55,128 nt of DNA, taken from Candidatus Omnitrophota bacterium. Lineage in GTDB: Bacteria; Omnitrophota; Gorgyraeia; Gygaellales; Profunditerraquicolaceae. The notes beneath the pieces were generated by a model. The model worked only from the letters and a program-made list of their open reading frames with translations, made no database searches and was not told the origin of the DNA. The position numbers and the translations under genes were made by a program. The DNA lies in the NCBI GenBank assembly GCA_043812955.1, contig JBDRLN010000072.1, positions 1-55,128 on the forward strand, read 5' to 3'. The number at the start of each line of letters is the position of its first letter. Within the stretch, counting starts at the first letter, position 1. Below, one piece after another: positions 17,099 through 26,259 of the stretch.

Positions 17099-18657
17099 AA
17101 GCATTCAGACGGTTTATCTGGGCTTGCGAAGAGAGTAATGTAAGTTTCGGCCTTTGGCTGGGGGCAGCTTTATCAATAATCTTTGTCCGGGATAACTTAG
17201 AGAGCTTGGTAATCAGGCATTCGTTTTCTAGTATTAATTCTTTCCACCTGTTGCATGTCCCGGTATTTTTCATAACCTTGCTTTTATCAATAATTATCCT
17301 ACTTTGTTTTATTACTAAAGAAGATATAGTGAAAATTTCCAAGGTAAGCCTTATTTTTTTCGCGGTAATAATCTTTCCGGCCGCAGTTGATTATTTAATA
17401 TCTATTCTAACCAAGACAAGCTTATCTTACGGATATGTGCAGACAAACATCAGCCAGGCTTTTATTAATTTTTTTAACCCATTTTTTAATATTCCCGAAA
17501 TAACTTACGGCTTAAGGTTAGAAGTGTTTATTGTCTCCATTTTTTCCTTTAGCTATGTTTTTTTAAAAAGAAATAATCTACCTTTATCATTATTGGCCGG
17601 TTTTTTAGTTTTCTTTTTATGTTTCGGGTATGGTTCTCTGCCGGGTATTATAGTTAGTGGTTTTATTAAGTTTGTAACTTTTTTATTTTATATTTTCCAT
17701 TCAATCACTGCCGGAAAAACTATTAGCGCGGTAATAGACGAGAGGGTAGTGGTAATTTTGGAATTGATATTTTGCGTGTTTGTTATTCTGACCTGGTTTT
17801 GGTTATATAATTCCCGAAAATGCCTGGCTTTAATTAAAAATTTTCGTTATGCCCGGGTTTTGCATTATTTTATTATGGCCATGATAGGGTTAGTTTTATA
17901 TTTTGCCGAGATTAAAGAAACTAATGTTTTGGCTGTAGTAAGAGTTATCGCTTTATTTTTTGGGTTATTTTTTGCCTGTCAGTTTTCAGCAGTGTTAAAT
18001 GATATCATAGATATTGACTGCGATAGATTATCAAATAACTCCCGGCCTTTAATAACCGGGGCCCTTACGAAAGAGGAATATTCAAAAGTCGGCGTTGTAT
18101 ACTTGGCCCTGTCTTTGCTATTTTCATTTTGGGTAAGCGACACCTGTTTTATGATCAATCTTTTTTTTATTGTTATATATTTTCTCTATTCTGCTTTACC
18201 ATTTAAGCTGAAGAGGAATTTTATATCAGGATCGTTAATACTAGGCCTTCAGGCCTTATTAGCGGTGCTTTTGGGCCAGTTTTCTTTTAAAGGGCCGGGA
18301 GCAGCTGTTTCCTTTAGTCCTCAAATAGCATGGCTGGTATTTTTAGTTTTTTGTTTGAGTTCTAATATCAAAGATCTAAAAGATTCTGAAGGAGACAGGC
18401 ATAGCGATGTTTATTCGCTTCCGGTTATTTTTGGCGAAAAGAAGTCTAGAAAAATAATAGGTTTTTTCGTATTTATAAGCTATGTACTTGTTCCGGTATT
18501 TCTTAACAAATTTTTCTATGATTTCAGAATTGCCGTTCTTTCATTTTTATTTGGTTTAATAAACTATCAGTATATTAAAAAGCAGGATTCTCAGGAACGT
18601 TTGGTATTTATTATGTATTTTGTTTATGTTTTAATAGTATTTTTATTTTTGCTTTGA
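17095..18657 (+). CDS. UbiA-superfamily prenyltransferase with ~260-aa extra N-terminal polytopic domain
   Basis: Asp-rich motif NDIIDIDCDRLSNNSRPL and a second motif KDLKDSEGDR in the C-terminal half. The N-terminal half has multiple TM helices of unknown family. The ATGA start overlaps the upstream stop. Confidence 0.7.
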   Translation: MKAFRRFIWACEESNVSFGLWLGAALSIIFVRDNLESLVIRHSFSSINSFHLLHVPVFFITLLLSIIILLCFITKEDIVKISKVSLIFFAVIIFPAAVDYLISILTKTSLSYGYVQTNISQAFINFFNPFFNIPEITYGLRLEVFIVSIFSFSYVFLKRNNLPLSLLAGFLVFFLCFGYGSLPGIIVSGFIKFVTFLFYIFHSITAGKTISAVIDERVVVILELIFCVFVILTWFWLYNSRKCLALIKNFRYARVLHYFIMAMIGLVLYFAEIKETNVLAVVRVIALFFGLFFACQFSAVLNDIIDIDCDRLSNNSRPLITGALTKEEYSKVGVVYLALSLLFSFWVSDTCFMINLFFIVIYFLYSALPFKLKRNFISGSLILGLQALLAVLLGQFSFKGPGAAVSFSPQIAWLVFLVFCLSSNIKDLKDSEGDRHSDVYSLPVIFGEKKSRKIIGFFVFISYVLVPVFLNKFFYDFRIAVLSFLFGLINYQYIKKQDSQERLVFIMYFVYVLIVFLFLL

Positions 18658-18720
18658 TTTTTCATAAAAGCGGATAAAATGTATTTGCTGTGACTTTTTT
18701 CAACAACCGGATTAATTATA

Positions 18721-20742
18721 ATGACCGAAAATATTAAATCTAATCAGGTGGTGGATGAATTTTTATCCTTGGCCGAGGTCGATAATTACGAGCAAGCCTA
18801 TAGCTTAGAGATCAAAGATGGCCTTTATTTCGGCCTGCCCTTAAAACCTATTGTTGAGGCTGAAAAGCGCTTGCGCGGCCTAACTAAAAATTCTATCGCT
18901 TATTTTTCGATGGAGTATGGCCTGGCCACCAGCTTCTATAATTGTTTTAAATCTAACCTTCCTATAACCGCGGATAATAAAGTCCTGGAGCACGAGGTAT
19001 TCTCTAATTTCCGCCTGGCTGATTATTTCTTTACCCTAAAAAGCGATACCATTATGGACCTGCCTATATATAGCGGCGGCCTAGGAGTTCTTGCGGGCGA
19101 TACGGTAAAGACTATGGCAGATTATCGGCTGCCGGCAGTGGCTATAGGCGTGCTTTGGAATACCGGGTATTTCCGCCAGAGATTCTGGTTTAAATACGGC
19201 CAGGTCCCTGAAGAGATGCATTGGGATCCCTTAACCTATCCCGGGCTGATACCTTTAAAGAATAAGATCAAGATTTCTTTGAAGTCCGAGGATATCTATT
19301 TAAGGCTATGGAAATATTATGTATATAGCTATAGCCAGGATTGCGTAATTCCGTTGATACTTTTGGATTCCAATGTCGAAGAAAATAACGAAAAAATAAG
19401 GCATTTAACCGACCAGCTTTACCGCAGCGACAACCCCTGGATCAAATTGATGCAGAGGATAATCTTAGGGGTAGGCGGGATCGCCGCGTTAAGGGAATTA
19501 AAATATAATATTGATATTTTTCATCTGAACGAAGGCCACGCTATATTCGCTTTTGTGGAAAGCGCCAAGGGCCTGAGTAAAAACGAACTGGATGAGATGC
19601 GCAGGCATTTTGTTTATACCTGCCACACCCCGGTTGAGGCCGGCCATGACCGTTTTTTTTCCGAGGACTTAAACAAGATCATTAAAAAAGACGATTTTGA
19701 GATTGTGGATAGTTTCGGTAGGGAGAAGGGCGGGATAATAAATCTAACTTTGCTTTCGATGAATGCCGCCCCTAAGATCAACGCGGTCTCCTATAGCCAT
19801 CAAAAGGTGATGCATCTGCAATTCCCTAAGTATCAAGAGAGGATAAAATATGTAACCAACGGGGTACATAGCCATACCTGGATTTCGGATAGGTTTAAGG
19901 ATCTGTTTAAACAATTTCCCCAGGTATTTAAGGATGTCCAGGCAAACCCGATGATACTTAAGCAGGTTAAAGAATTAAGACAGGATCTTAAATTCCGCGA
20001 TAAATTATGGCTCAACCATCAGGCTAATAAAGAGGATATCTGTAATTTATTGAGTAAGTGGGGCCTGAATAAGGATTTTCTTACCATCTGCTGGGCCAGG
20101 CGGGTTGCCGCTTACAAGAGGCCAAGTATGATAATGCAGGATGTGGAAAGGCTTATTGAGATTGCTCAGGCGCATGGACCAATCCAGATAATCTTTGCCG
20201 GTAAAGCCCATCCCAAAGATAACTTAGGGTTTACTTTTATCAATGAAATGTTGGAGAAGGTGGATAAGTTTAATAAAGTGTATGATTTATTAAAGATTAT
20301 TATGCTGGAAAATTATGATATATCTTTAGCTAAGATGCTTACTTCGGGGGTGGATATCTGGTTGAATAATCCCCTTCCGCCGTTTGAGGCATCAGGCACC
20401 AGCGGGATGAAAGCGATATTGAATGGAGTAATTCAGGTGAGCACCCTTGATGGCTGGGTGGTTGAGGCTGAGGATAAAAATATTGGAAAGATATTCGGAT
20501 ATAGAAGCGAAGAGGGTAAATTAAATAGCGAAGTTGATCTTCATATGCCGGATGATTCTAAAGCGCTATACGTTGCCCTGGAAGAGATGGCTAAATTGTA
20601 TTATCAGACTAACAATAAAGGAGAAGTGGATCTTTCCAGCAAATGGATAGATATGATGATAGATTGTATTGCTACAGGCGCAGATTTTAATACCTACCGG
20701 ATGCTCGATGATTACAAGCGGATAATCTGGAATATTCCTTAG
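18721..20742 (+). CDS. glgP: alpha-glucan phosphorylase (GT35)
   Basis: Motifs SGGLGVLAGD and EASGTSGMK. Confidence 0.9.
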   Translation: MTENIKSNQVVDEFLSLAEVDNYEQAYSLEIKDGLYFGLPLKPIVEAEKRLRGLTKNSIAYFSMEYGLATSFYNCFKSNLPITADNKVLEHEVFSNFRLADYFFTLKSDTIMDLPIYSGGLGVLAGDTVKTMADYRLPAVAIGVLWNTGYFRQRFWFKYGQVPEEMHWDPLTYPGLIPLKNKIKISLKSEDIYLRLWKYYVYSYSQDCVIPLILLDSNVEENNEKIRHLTDQLYRSDNPWIKLMQRIILGVGGIAALRELKYNIDIFHLNEGHAIFAFVESAKGLSKNELDEMRRHFVYTCHTPVEAGHDRFFSEDLNKIIKKDDFEIVDSFGREKGGIINLTLLSMNAAPKINAVSYSHQKVMHLQFPKYQERIKYVTNGVHSHTWISDRFKDLFKQFPQVFKDVQANPMILKQVKELRQDLKFRDKLWLNHQANKEDICNLLSKWGLNKDFLTICWARRVAAYKRPSMIMQDVERLIEIAQAHGPIQIIFAGKAHPKDNLGFTFINEMLEKVDKFNKVYDLLKIIMLENYDISLAKMLTSGVDIWLNNPLPPFEASGTSGMKAILNGVIQVSTLDGWVVEAEDKNIGKIFGYRSEEGKLNSEVDLHMPDDSKALYVALEEMAKLYYQTNNKGEVDLSSKWIDMMIDCIATGADFNTYRMLDDYKRIIWNIP

Positions 20743-21578
20743 TTTAATTCGGAAAGATAATTTACGATATCCTGGATCGTGGTTTCGGGAGTCGATGCCC
20801 CGGCAGTAACCCCGATGCTGTTTACTAACCTAAACCAGGCAGGCTTGATCTCTTTTTTTGAATTTATCCAGTAACTTTTTGAGTTAATGGATTTAGAGAT
20901 TTCATAGAGCCTGCGGGTATTGGCGCTTTTTTTGGACCCGATTATAACTACTGCGTCATTATTTAGAGGTATTTTTTTTATCTCTTGCTGTTTCATTCTG
21001 GTCGGGCCGCAGATAGTATTAAAAAATTTAAGTTCTTTGATCTGTTTTTTTAAAGATCCGATAATATCCGTTACTGTTTCCAGGTTTTGGGTAGACTGGA
21101 CCACTACACAGGCTTTATCGATTTTCCCGATCTTATCCTGCTCAATCAGATTAATATCATCGATCACAATAGCTTTATTGCACAGCTGCCCGATTATCCC
21201 TAAAACTTCATCGTGTTTTTTATCTCCTATCACTATTATCTGATAACCCCTTAATTCCATTCTGGCGGCTATATTATGGATCTCTTTGACCATCGGGCAG
21301 GTGGCATCAACGATCTTATATCCGGATCTTTTGGCCTTATTAAGTATGCCTCTTCCGGTACCGTGGGCTCGGATCAAAAGGGTCTTGCCAATTCCTAGGC
21401 CTGGTTTTTTGATCTTATTTATCCCGGCTTTCCTGATTTGGTTCACTACCTCTTCGTTGTGCACGATATCCCCGAGCATAAAGACGTTTTTATTTACCTT
21501 GATGGTCCTCAAGGCTATGTCCAGGGCTCTTTTTACCCCAAAACAGAAACCAGCGGATTCAGCTAGATTAACTTTCAT
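20739..21578 (-). CDS. ispH: 4-hydroxy-3-methylbut-2-enyl diphosphate reductase
   Basis: N-terminus AESAGFCFGVKRA, motifs VHN and ATCP. Its stop overlaps the glgP stop by 4 nt in convergent orientation. Confidence 0.9.
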   Translation of the reverse strand: MKVNLAESAGFCFGVKRALDIALRTIKVNKNVFMLGDIVHNEEVVNQIRKAGINKIKKPGLGIGKTLLIRAHGTGRGILNKAKRSGYKIVDATCPMVKEIHNIAARMELRGYQIIVIGDKKHDEVLGIIGQLCNKAIVIDDINLIEQDKIGKIDKACVVVQSTQNLETVTDIIGSLKKQIKELKFFNTICGPTRMKQQEIKKIPLNNDAVVIIGSKKSANTRRLYEISKSINSKSYWINSKKEIKPAWFRLVNSIGVTAGASTPETTIQDIVNYLSELN

Positions 21579-21583
21579 TTTAT

Positions 21584-22633
21584 TTAGAGGTTAAGGATCC
21601 TTCGGGAATAGCTATCCAGGGAGCTTTTATATTTAATTGACATTTTGGAACGAGCCAGTTCCTGTTTGGATATTTCGATCAACTGCAGGACTTCATTTTT
21701 AGCGGATTCTAAGGCCCCGGATCTAGTCATAATATCCCGCATTCTCAGGAGGTCATTTTTTCCGGCATCAGGTTTAGTCAGTATTTTCTGGATCTCTTTC
21801 TTTATAATACTACCGGAGTTATTATAGGCGTACCAGATCAGGATAGTTTTTTTGGCTTCTTTGAGATCAGTGAACATTGATTTGCCGATCTTGGACTCAT
21901 GGCCGAACATCCCTAAAATATCGTCTTTGATCTGAAAGGCCCGGCCCAGGTATATCCCATAGCTAAATAGCCTATCAGATTCGCTTTTACCTGCTCCTGC
22001 CAATATTGCGCCCACGGCTAAGGGAGTGGCAAAGGTATAACAGGCAGTTTTATAATCATATACCCGAAAAATCTCCTCTTTAGATATATCTTTGATGTTT
22101 TTAGTCCCGTAGACCAGTTCAATGAATTCTCCGCTTCCGGTATAGATAGTCGCCTGGATAAATTTTTTCAGGGCAGTTTCCTTGCGTAGCGGGTTTTCTT
22201 TTATGCTCAAAAAGGAGTGCAGGGAGATAGCGTATATTACATCCCCGGCGACAATAGCCAGGTCTTGGCCGTTAAATTTAATCCCTTTGTATTTTTTAAG
22301 GTAATCATCCAGCACTTTATGCATTGCGGGTTTACCCCTGCGGGTGTCGGATTTATCGATTATATCGTCGTGGACCAACATATAGTCGTGAAGAAATTCT
22401 ATTGATAGGGCGCTAGAATATAGCCCGGGAGCGCACTTTTTAGTGAATCCAAGGTAGCTGATAATAAAAAGCATCGGCCTTATTCTTTTGCCGCTGCGCG
22501 ATACGAATTCCCGGATAGTGTTAAAAAGAAGAGGCGAGGCCCGGGATAACCGGCAGGCTTTATTCAATCTATTCAGATAAGCGGGGATCTCTTTTTCAAT
22601 CCGACTTTTTATTTTAATTAGCATGATTTTCAT
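21584..22633 (-). CDS. polyprenyl diphosphate synthase (trans-IPPS)
   Basis: FARM LVHDDIIDKSDTRRGK and SARM IKDDILG. The start is trimmed to M37 (22633) because the 22741 start would overlap the divergent PPIase gene. Confidence 0.85.
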   Translation of the reverse strand: MKIMLIKIKSRIEKEIPAYLNRLNKACRLSRASPLLFNTIREFVSRSGKRIRPMLFIISYLGFTKKCAPGLYSSALSIEFLHDYMLVHDDIIDKSDTRRGKPAMHKVLDDYLKKYKGIKFNGQDLAIVAGDVIYAISLHSFLSIKENPLRKETALKKFIQATIYTGSGEFIELVYGTKNIKDISKEEIFRVYDYKTACYTFATPLAVGAILAGAGKSESDRLFSYGIYLGRAFQIKDDILGMFGHESKIGKSMFTDLKEAKKTILIWYAYNNSGSIIKKEIQKILTKPDAGKNDLLRMRDIMTRSGALESAKNEVLQLIEISKQELARSKMSIKYKSSLDSYSRRILNL

Positions 22634-22730
22634 GTTAACATATATACAAATCCAATGCAAACAAAATTCATAAAGCATTGAGAATAACGCGTAATCATGG
22701 TAAAATGATTTTTCAACAAAGGAGAGGTAA

Positions 22731-23294
22731 ATGAGGATCATTGTTTTCTTGCTTATTTGTTTAAGTTTTTTTATTCATCCCTTTATCAAAGGAGGATTAA
22801 GCATGGATGGTAATATTATGGTTTTACAGACCAATCAGGGGGATATAGAGATAAAACTTATGCCTGAGGCAGCGCCTAAGGCCTGTGAGAACTTTATCGG
22901 ATTGGCCAAAAAAGGTTATTATAACGGATTAATCTTTCATCGGGTGATCAAAGGTTTTATGATTCAAGGCGGAGATCCTACCGGCACGGGCATGGGAGGA
23001 GAATCTTTTTGGGGCAGATCGTTTGCCGATGAAGTAAGCTCGAGCGTCACGTTCGATTCACCCGGTATATTGGCCATGGCTAACTCCGGGCCGAACACCA
23101 ACGGCAGTCAATTCTTCATTACAGTGGCTAAAACTCCGTGGCTTAATATGCGCCATACTATTTTTGGCAAGGTCATATCCGGTTATGATGTGGTAGAGAA
23201 GATTGTAAATGCTCCAGCCGGCTCTTCAGATAAGCCGTTTAATGAGCAGAAAATAATTAAGGCCTTTTTAAAACCGGAAGATAAAGGGATATAA
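22731..23294 (+). CDS. cyclophilin-type peptidyl-prolyl cis-trans isomerase
   Basis: Motifs FHRVIKGFMIQGGDP and LAMANSGPNTNGSQFFI. A hydrophobic N-terminal leader is present. Confidence 0.95.
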   Translation: MRIIVFLLICLSFFIHPFIKGGLSMDGNIMVLQTNQGDIEIKLMPEAAPKACENFIGLAKKGYYNGLIFHRVIKGFMIQGGDPTGTGMGGESFWGRSFADEVSSSVTFDSPGILAMANSGPNTNGSQFFITVAKTPWLNMRHTIFGKVISGYDVVEKIVNAPAGSSDKPFNEQKIIKAFLKPEDKGI

Positions 23295-23300
23295 TAATCC

Positions 23301-25130
23301 ATGTCGGAACCAAATCTTAATAAACATTTGGCTGGTACTTGCTCTAAAGAAAAATGGGCAAAAATTGGCGCTCAAAAGAGGTCTGGAGTCTTAGTCCCTT
23401 TGTTTTCGGTATTTTCCAGAGATAGCGTCGGAATTGGGGACCTTAAGGATTTACAGATGCTTATTGACTGGTGCCAAAAGACTAATAATTCCATTCTTCA
23501 GCTCCTGCCGATGAATGATGTCGGATCTACCTTTTGTCCTTATGATTCATTGAGTTCGTTTGCCCTGGAGCCAGTTTATCTCTCTTTGGAATTATTGGCT
23601 TCGATCATGAAGTTGGATATAGGGGCTGATATTAAAAAGATTAAGGAAAGATTTACCTTGCCCAGGGTTAATATTAATTATGAGGTAAAAGAAGCCAAGA
23701 TTAGATTATTATGGGATATTTACCTGCATGAGAAATATGCTAAATGCGAGGATTTTGTAAATTTTCAAGAGGATAATAAGTACTGGCTTAAGGATTACTC
23801 TTTATTTAAAACTTTGAAGGACCATCATAAAGGCTCTGCTTGGTATGACTGGCAGGAAGAATACAAGTTCCGTAAGGCTCCGGCGCTAGAGGAATTTTCT
23901 CTCCGGCATAAAAATGAGATTATCTTTCAGGAGTGGCTGCAATGGCAGCTCTATAAGCAATTTAGACAGGTTAAGGAATATGCTAATTCCAAAGGGATTT
24001 TAATTAAAGGTGATTTACCGATCCTGGCTGCGCGGGATAGCGCTGATATTTGGGCCCATCCGGAGTTTTTTAAACTTGATTTTGCCGCTGGCGCCCCGCC
24101 GGATATGTATTGCGCTAAGGGTCAGCGTTGGGGCGTGCCTACTTATAATTGGGAGAGGATAGCCGCTGATAATTATAATTATTTAAAAGAAAAGCTTAAA
24201 TACGCCCAGAATTTTTATGATATCTTAAGGATTGACCATGTTGTCGGATTATTTCGTATCTGGAGCATACCTTATAATGAGCCGATGGAAAACCAGGGGT
24301 TAAATGGTTTTTTTGATCCAGCTGATGAGAAGAAATGGGGAAAACACGGCTGGGATATATTAGTAATAATGTTGAAAAATACCGACATGCTTCTTTGCGC
24401 TGAAGACTTGGGAGTGATCCCCAAGGTATGCATTGATACGCTTAATGATTTGGGTATCCCGGGTAATGATGTCCAGCGTTGGGTAAAAGACTGGAAAGTC
24501 AGGCATAATTTTCTTCCGCCTGATGAATACCGGGAGCTTTCGGTTGCGGTTTTATCTAACCATGATACTACTAATTGGCCGGCTTGGTGGGAGAATGAGG
24601 CCGGGACAATGGATAAAGGTCTTTTTACCCGCCGCTGCGTTGAGAGGGGCATAGACGTAAAACATGCCTTGGCGTGTTTGTTTGATTCCGTCCGTTCTCA
24701 TCATGGGCGGCTGCGTTGGAAGAAAGAAATCCGTTCGGTTGATAGCTTAATCCATATTTTAGGTAAGAGAAAAGAAGAGGTCGGCGATTTTATTGATTTT
24801 TATAAAAATACTTATTTGGAAAAGGAAAAGCTTTGGAAGTATTTAGGACTAACTGGAGCGCTGCGGGAAAAAAGCGATACCAAGATACTAACGGCGGTCT
24901 TAGATACAGTTTTAAAATCCCGGGCTATATTTTCTATACAATTAATTACTGATTTGCTTTATCTGGATAATATATTTTTCGATGACCCCTACCAACACCG
25001 GATTAATACTCCCGGAACAGTCGGCGATAAAAACTGGTCTTTGGTTATTCCTTTGTCGCTTGAGGAGTTAGTTAAACATCCGGTAACCAGAATAATTAAG
25101 GATATGGTAGTTTCTTCCGGCCGATCCTAG
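23301..25130 (+). CDS. malQ: 4-alpha-glucanotransferase (GH77 amylomaltase)
   Basis: Motifs GVLVPLFSV, RIDHVVGLFR and AEDLGVIP. Confidence 0.9.
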   Translation: MSEPNLNKHLAGTCSKEKWAKIGAQKRSGVLVPLFSVFSRDSVGIGDLKDLQMLIDWCQKTNNSILQLLPMNDVGSTFCPYDSLSSFALEPVYLSLELLASIMKLDIGADIKKIKERFTLPRVNINYEVKEAKIRLLWDIYLHEKYAKCEDFVNFQEDNKYWLKDYSLFKTLKDHHKGSAWYDWQEEYKFRKAPALEEFSLRHKNEIIFQEWLQWQLYKQFRQVKEYANSKGILIKGDLPILAARDSADIWAHPEFFKLDFAAGAPPDMYCAKGQRWGVPTYNWERIAADNYNYLKEKLKYAQNFYDILRIDHVVGLFRIWSIPYNEPMENQGLNGFFDPADEKKWGKHGWDILVIMLKNTDMLLCAEDLGVIPKVCIDTLNDLGIPGNDVQRWVKDWKVRHNFLPPDEYRELSVAVLSNHDTTNWPAWWENEAGTMDKGLFTRRCVERGIDVKHALACLFDSVRSHHGRLRWKKEIRSVDSLIHILGKRKEEVGDFIDFYKNTYLEKEKLWKYLGLTGALREKSDTKILTAVLDTVLKSRAIFSIQLITDLLYLDNIFFDDPYQHRINTPGTVGDKNWSLVIPLSLEELVKHPVTRIIKDMVVSSGRS

Positions 25131-25137
25131 GATCCTA

Positions 25138-25171
25138 GGGATACCCTTAGCTTCAGCTGCGAGGGTGTCCC
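25138..25171 (+). other. GC-rich hairpin GGGATACCCT-14 nt-AGGGTGTCCC after malQ
   Basis: 10-bp stem with one G-U pair on the + strand. It is preceded by the 14-nt perfect palindrome CCTAGGATCCTAGG (25126-25139), which spans the malQ stop. Confidence 0.6.
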
Positions 25172-25180
25172 TATAATATT

Positions 25181-25852
25181 ATGAAAAAATTAAAATTTAA
25201 GCCCAAGGCGATTATTTTTGATATGGACGGGGTTATTGTTGATTCTATGCCTTATCATTACCTGGCCTGGTATGAGGCCTTGCGTTCATATGGGGTCAGG
25301 GTTACTTGTTTTGATGTTTATTCCAAAGAGGGAGAGCGTTGGCAGAAATCATTGGAAGATTTTCTAAGACGCGCGCATATTGAACCTGATCAAAGAATAA
25401 TCGACCGGATTTTTAGCGAACGCCAGAAAATATTTAAGCGCTATTTTAAACGGTTTATTTTTAAAGGGGTAAAAAAATTCTTGCGTTGCCTAAAAAATCA
25501 GGGTTATCTTTTGGGGTTAGTTACCGGCACGCCAACTCCAGAGGTTGACAGGATCCTTTCTAAAAATATAAGGGGTTTATTCAGCAGTATTGTCGGCGGT
25601 GATAATGTGAAAAGAGGAAAGCCCCACCCGGATCCTTATTTAAAGGCAGCTAGGATGCTTAAGCTTAAACCCGGGCAATGTTTAGTTGTGGAGAATGCGC
25701 CTTATGGGATAGAATCGGCGAAAAGAGCAGGGATGTTTTGCATTGCTTTAGCCACCAGCCTGCCTAAAGAATATCTTAGCCAGGCGGATATTGTAGTTAA
25801 TGATCTTGAAGAAATCACCGGTATCATTGAACGATCCTGCCGGATAAAATAA
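25181..25852 (+). CDS. HAD-superfamily hydrolase (beta-phosphoglucomutase-like)
   Basis: Motif I IIFDMDGVIVDS and the GKPHPDPYL motif. Confidence 0.85.
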   Translation: MKKLKFKPKAIIFDMDGVIVDSMPYHYLAWYEALRSYGVRVTCFDVYSKEGERWQKSLEDFLRRAHIEPDQRIIDRIFSERQKIFKRYFKRFIFKGVKKFLRCLKNQGYLLGLVTGTPTPEVDRILSKNIRGLFSSIVGGDNVKRGKPHPDPYLKAARMLKLKPGQCLVVENAPYGIESAKRAGMFCIALATSLPKEYLSQADIVVNDLEEITGIIERSCRIK

Positions 25853-25876
25853 TGGTAAATTTTTCAACCAAGCATA

Positions 25877-26108
25877 ATTTTAGCGCTTTTACTCCGCAGC
25901 GCTTTAAAACTTTCGCCGTGCACTGCGGTTTAAGGCTCGCTACGGCAGTACAAGGTTCCTCGCGCAAAGTTAAAATTGCCTCCACATAGCCGTAAATCTC
26001 CGCCTGCGCTTTCGCTACGGCGGACCCTCTATATTCCTAGGAGGGTGAGGGCTTGTGCACTTTTGCCGAAAGTTTTCTAAGGCGCGCTCCGGCAAAACCG
26101 CTAAAATT
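25877..26108. other. ~230-nt element closed by long imperfect inverted repeat (candidate structured ncRNA or MITE-like remnant)
   Basis: The left arm 25877-25923 (AATTTTAGCGCTTTTAC..GTGCAC) is complementary, with mismatches and indels, to the right arm 26055-26108 (GTGCAC..CCGCTAAAATT). No ORF of 60 aa or more is present, and the region is GC-richer than its surroundings. Confidence 0.4.
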
Positions 26109-26150
26109 TGTAACTAAGTTTATAAAATAAAGTCATCGCATATGAGTCGC

Positions 26151-26239
26151 TAGCGGGTGACCAAAGGGTGGCGGTGAATGGGAGGATCCACGCCGGGCGG
26201 AGGGGCCCATGAACTGACACCTTTGGGCAGGACCCGCTA
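26151..26239 (+). ncRNA. candidate structured 5' leader (three-way-junction-like) upstream of ttcA-like gene
   Basis: Closing helix UAGCGGGU/ACCCGCUA, second helix CCAAAGG(G)UG/CACCUUUGG, and inner hairpins GGCG(G)UG..CACGCC and GGGC..GCCC. It ends 12 nt before the AAGGAG RBS. No known riboswitch consensus was recognised. Confidence 0.4.
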
Positions 26240-26259
26240 AAGAATCATAAAGGAGCAAT

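Noticed and set aside
22634-22741. 36-codon N-terminal extension of the polyprenyl synthase ORF
   Set aside because: The extension overlaps the divergent PPIase start and is hydrophobic junk-like (FYHDYALFSMLYEFCLHWICIYVN). The homologous region starts near MKIMLIKIK.
25172-25177. TATAAT box 4 nt upstream of the HAD hydrolase ATG, considered as a leaderless-mRNA promoter
   Set aside because: The spacing places the predicted start site downstream of the ATG, and no -35 element was found. It is more likely chance in AT-rich DNA.
25860-26250. RNase P RNA, SRP RNA or a known riboswitch in the 400-nt gap
   Set aside because: No GAGGAAAGUCC or ACAGAA..GGCUUA (RNase P) was found on either strand, and no GGAAGCAGC (SRP domain IV). 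There was also no B12 box and no TPP, SAM, glycine, ZTP or THF core. It is kept only as an unclassified candidate.
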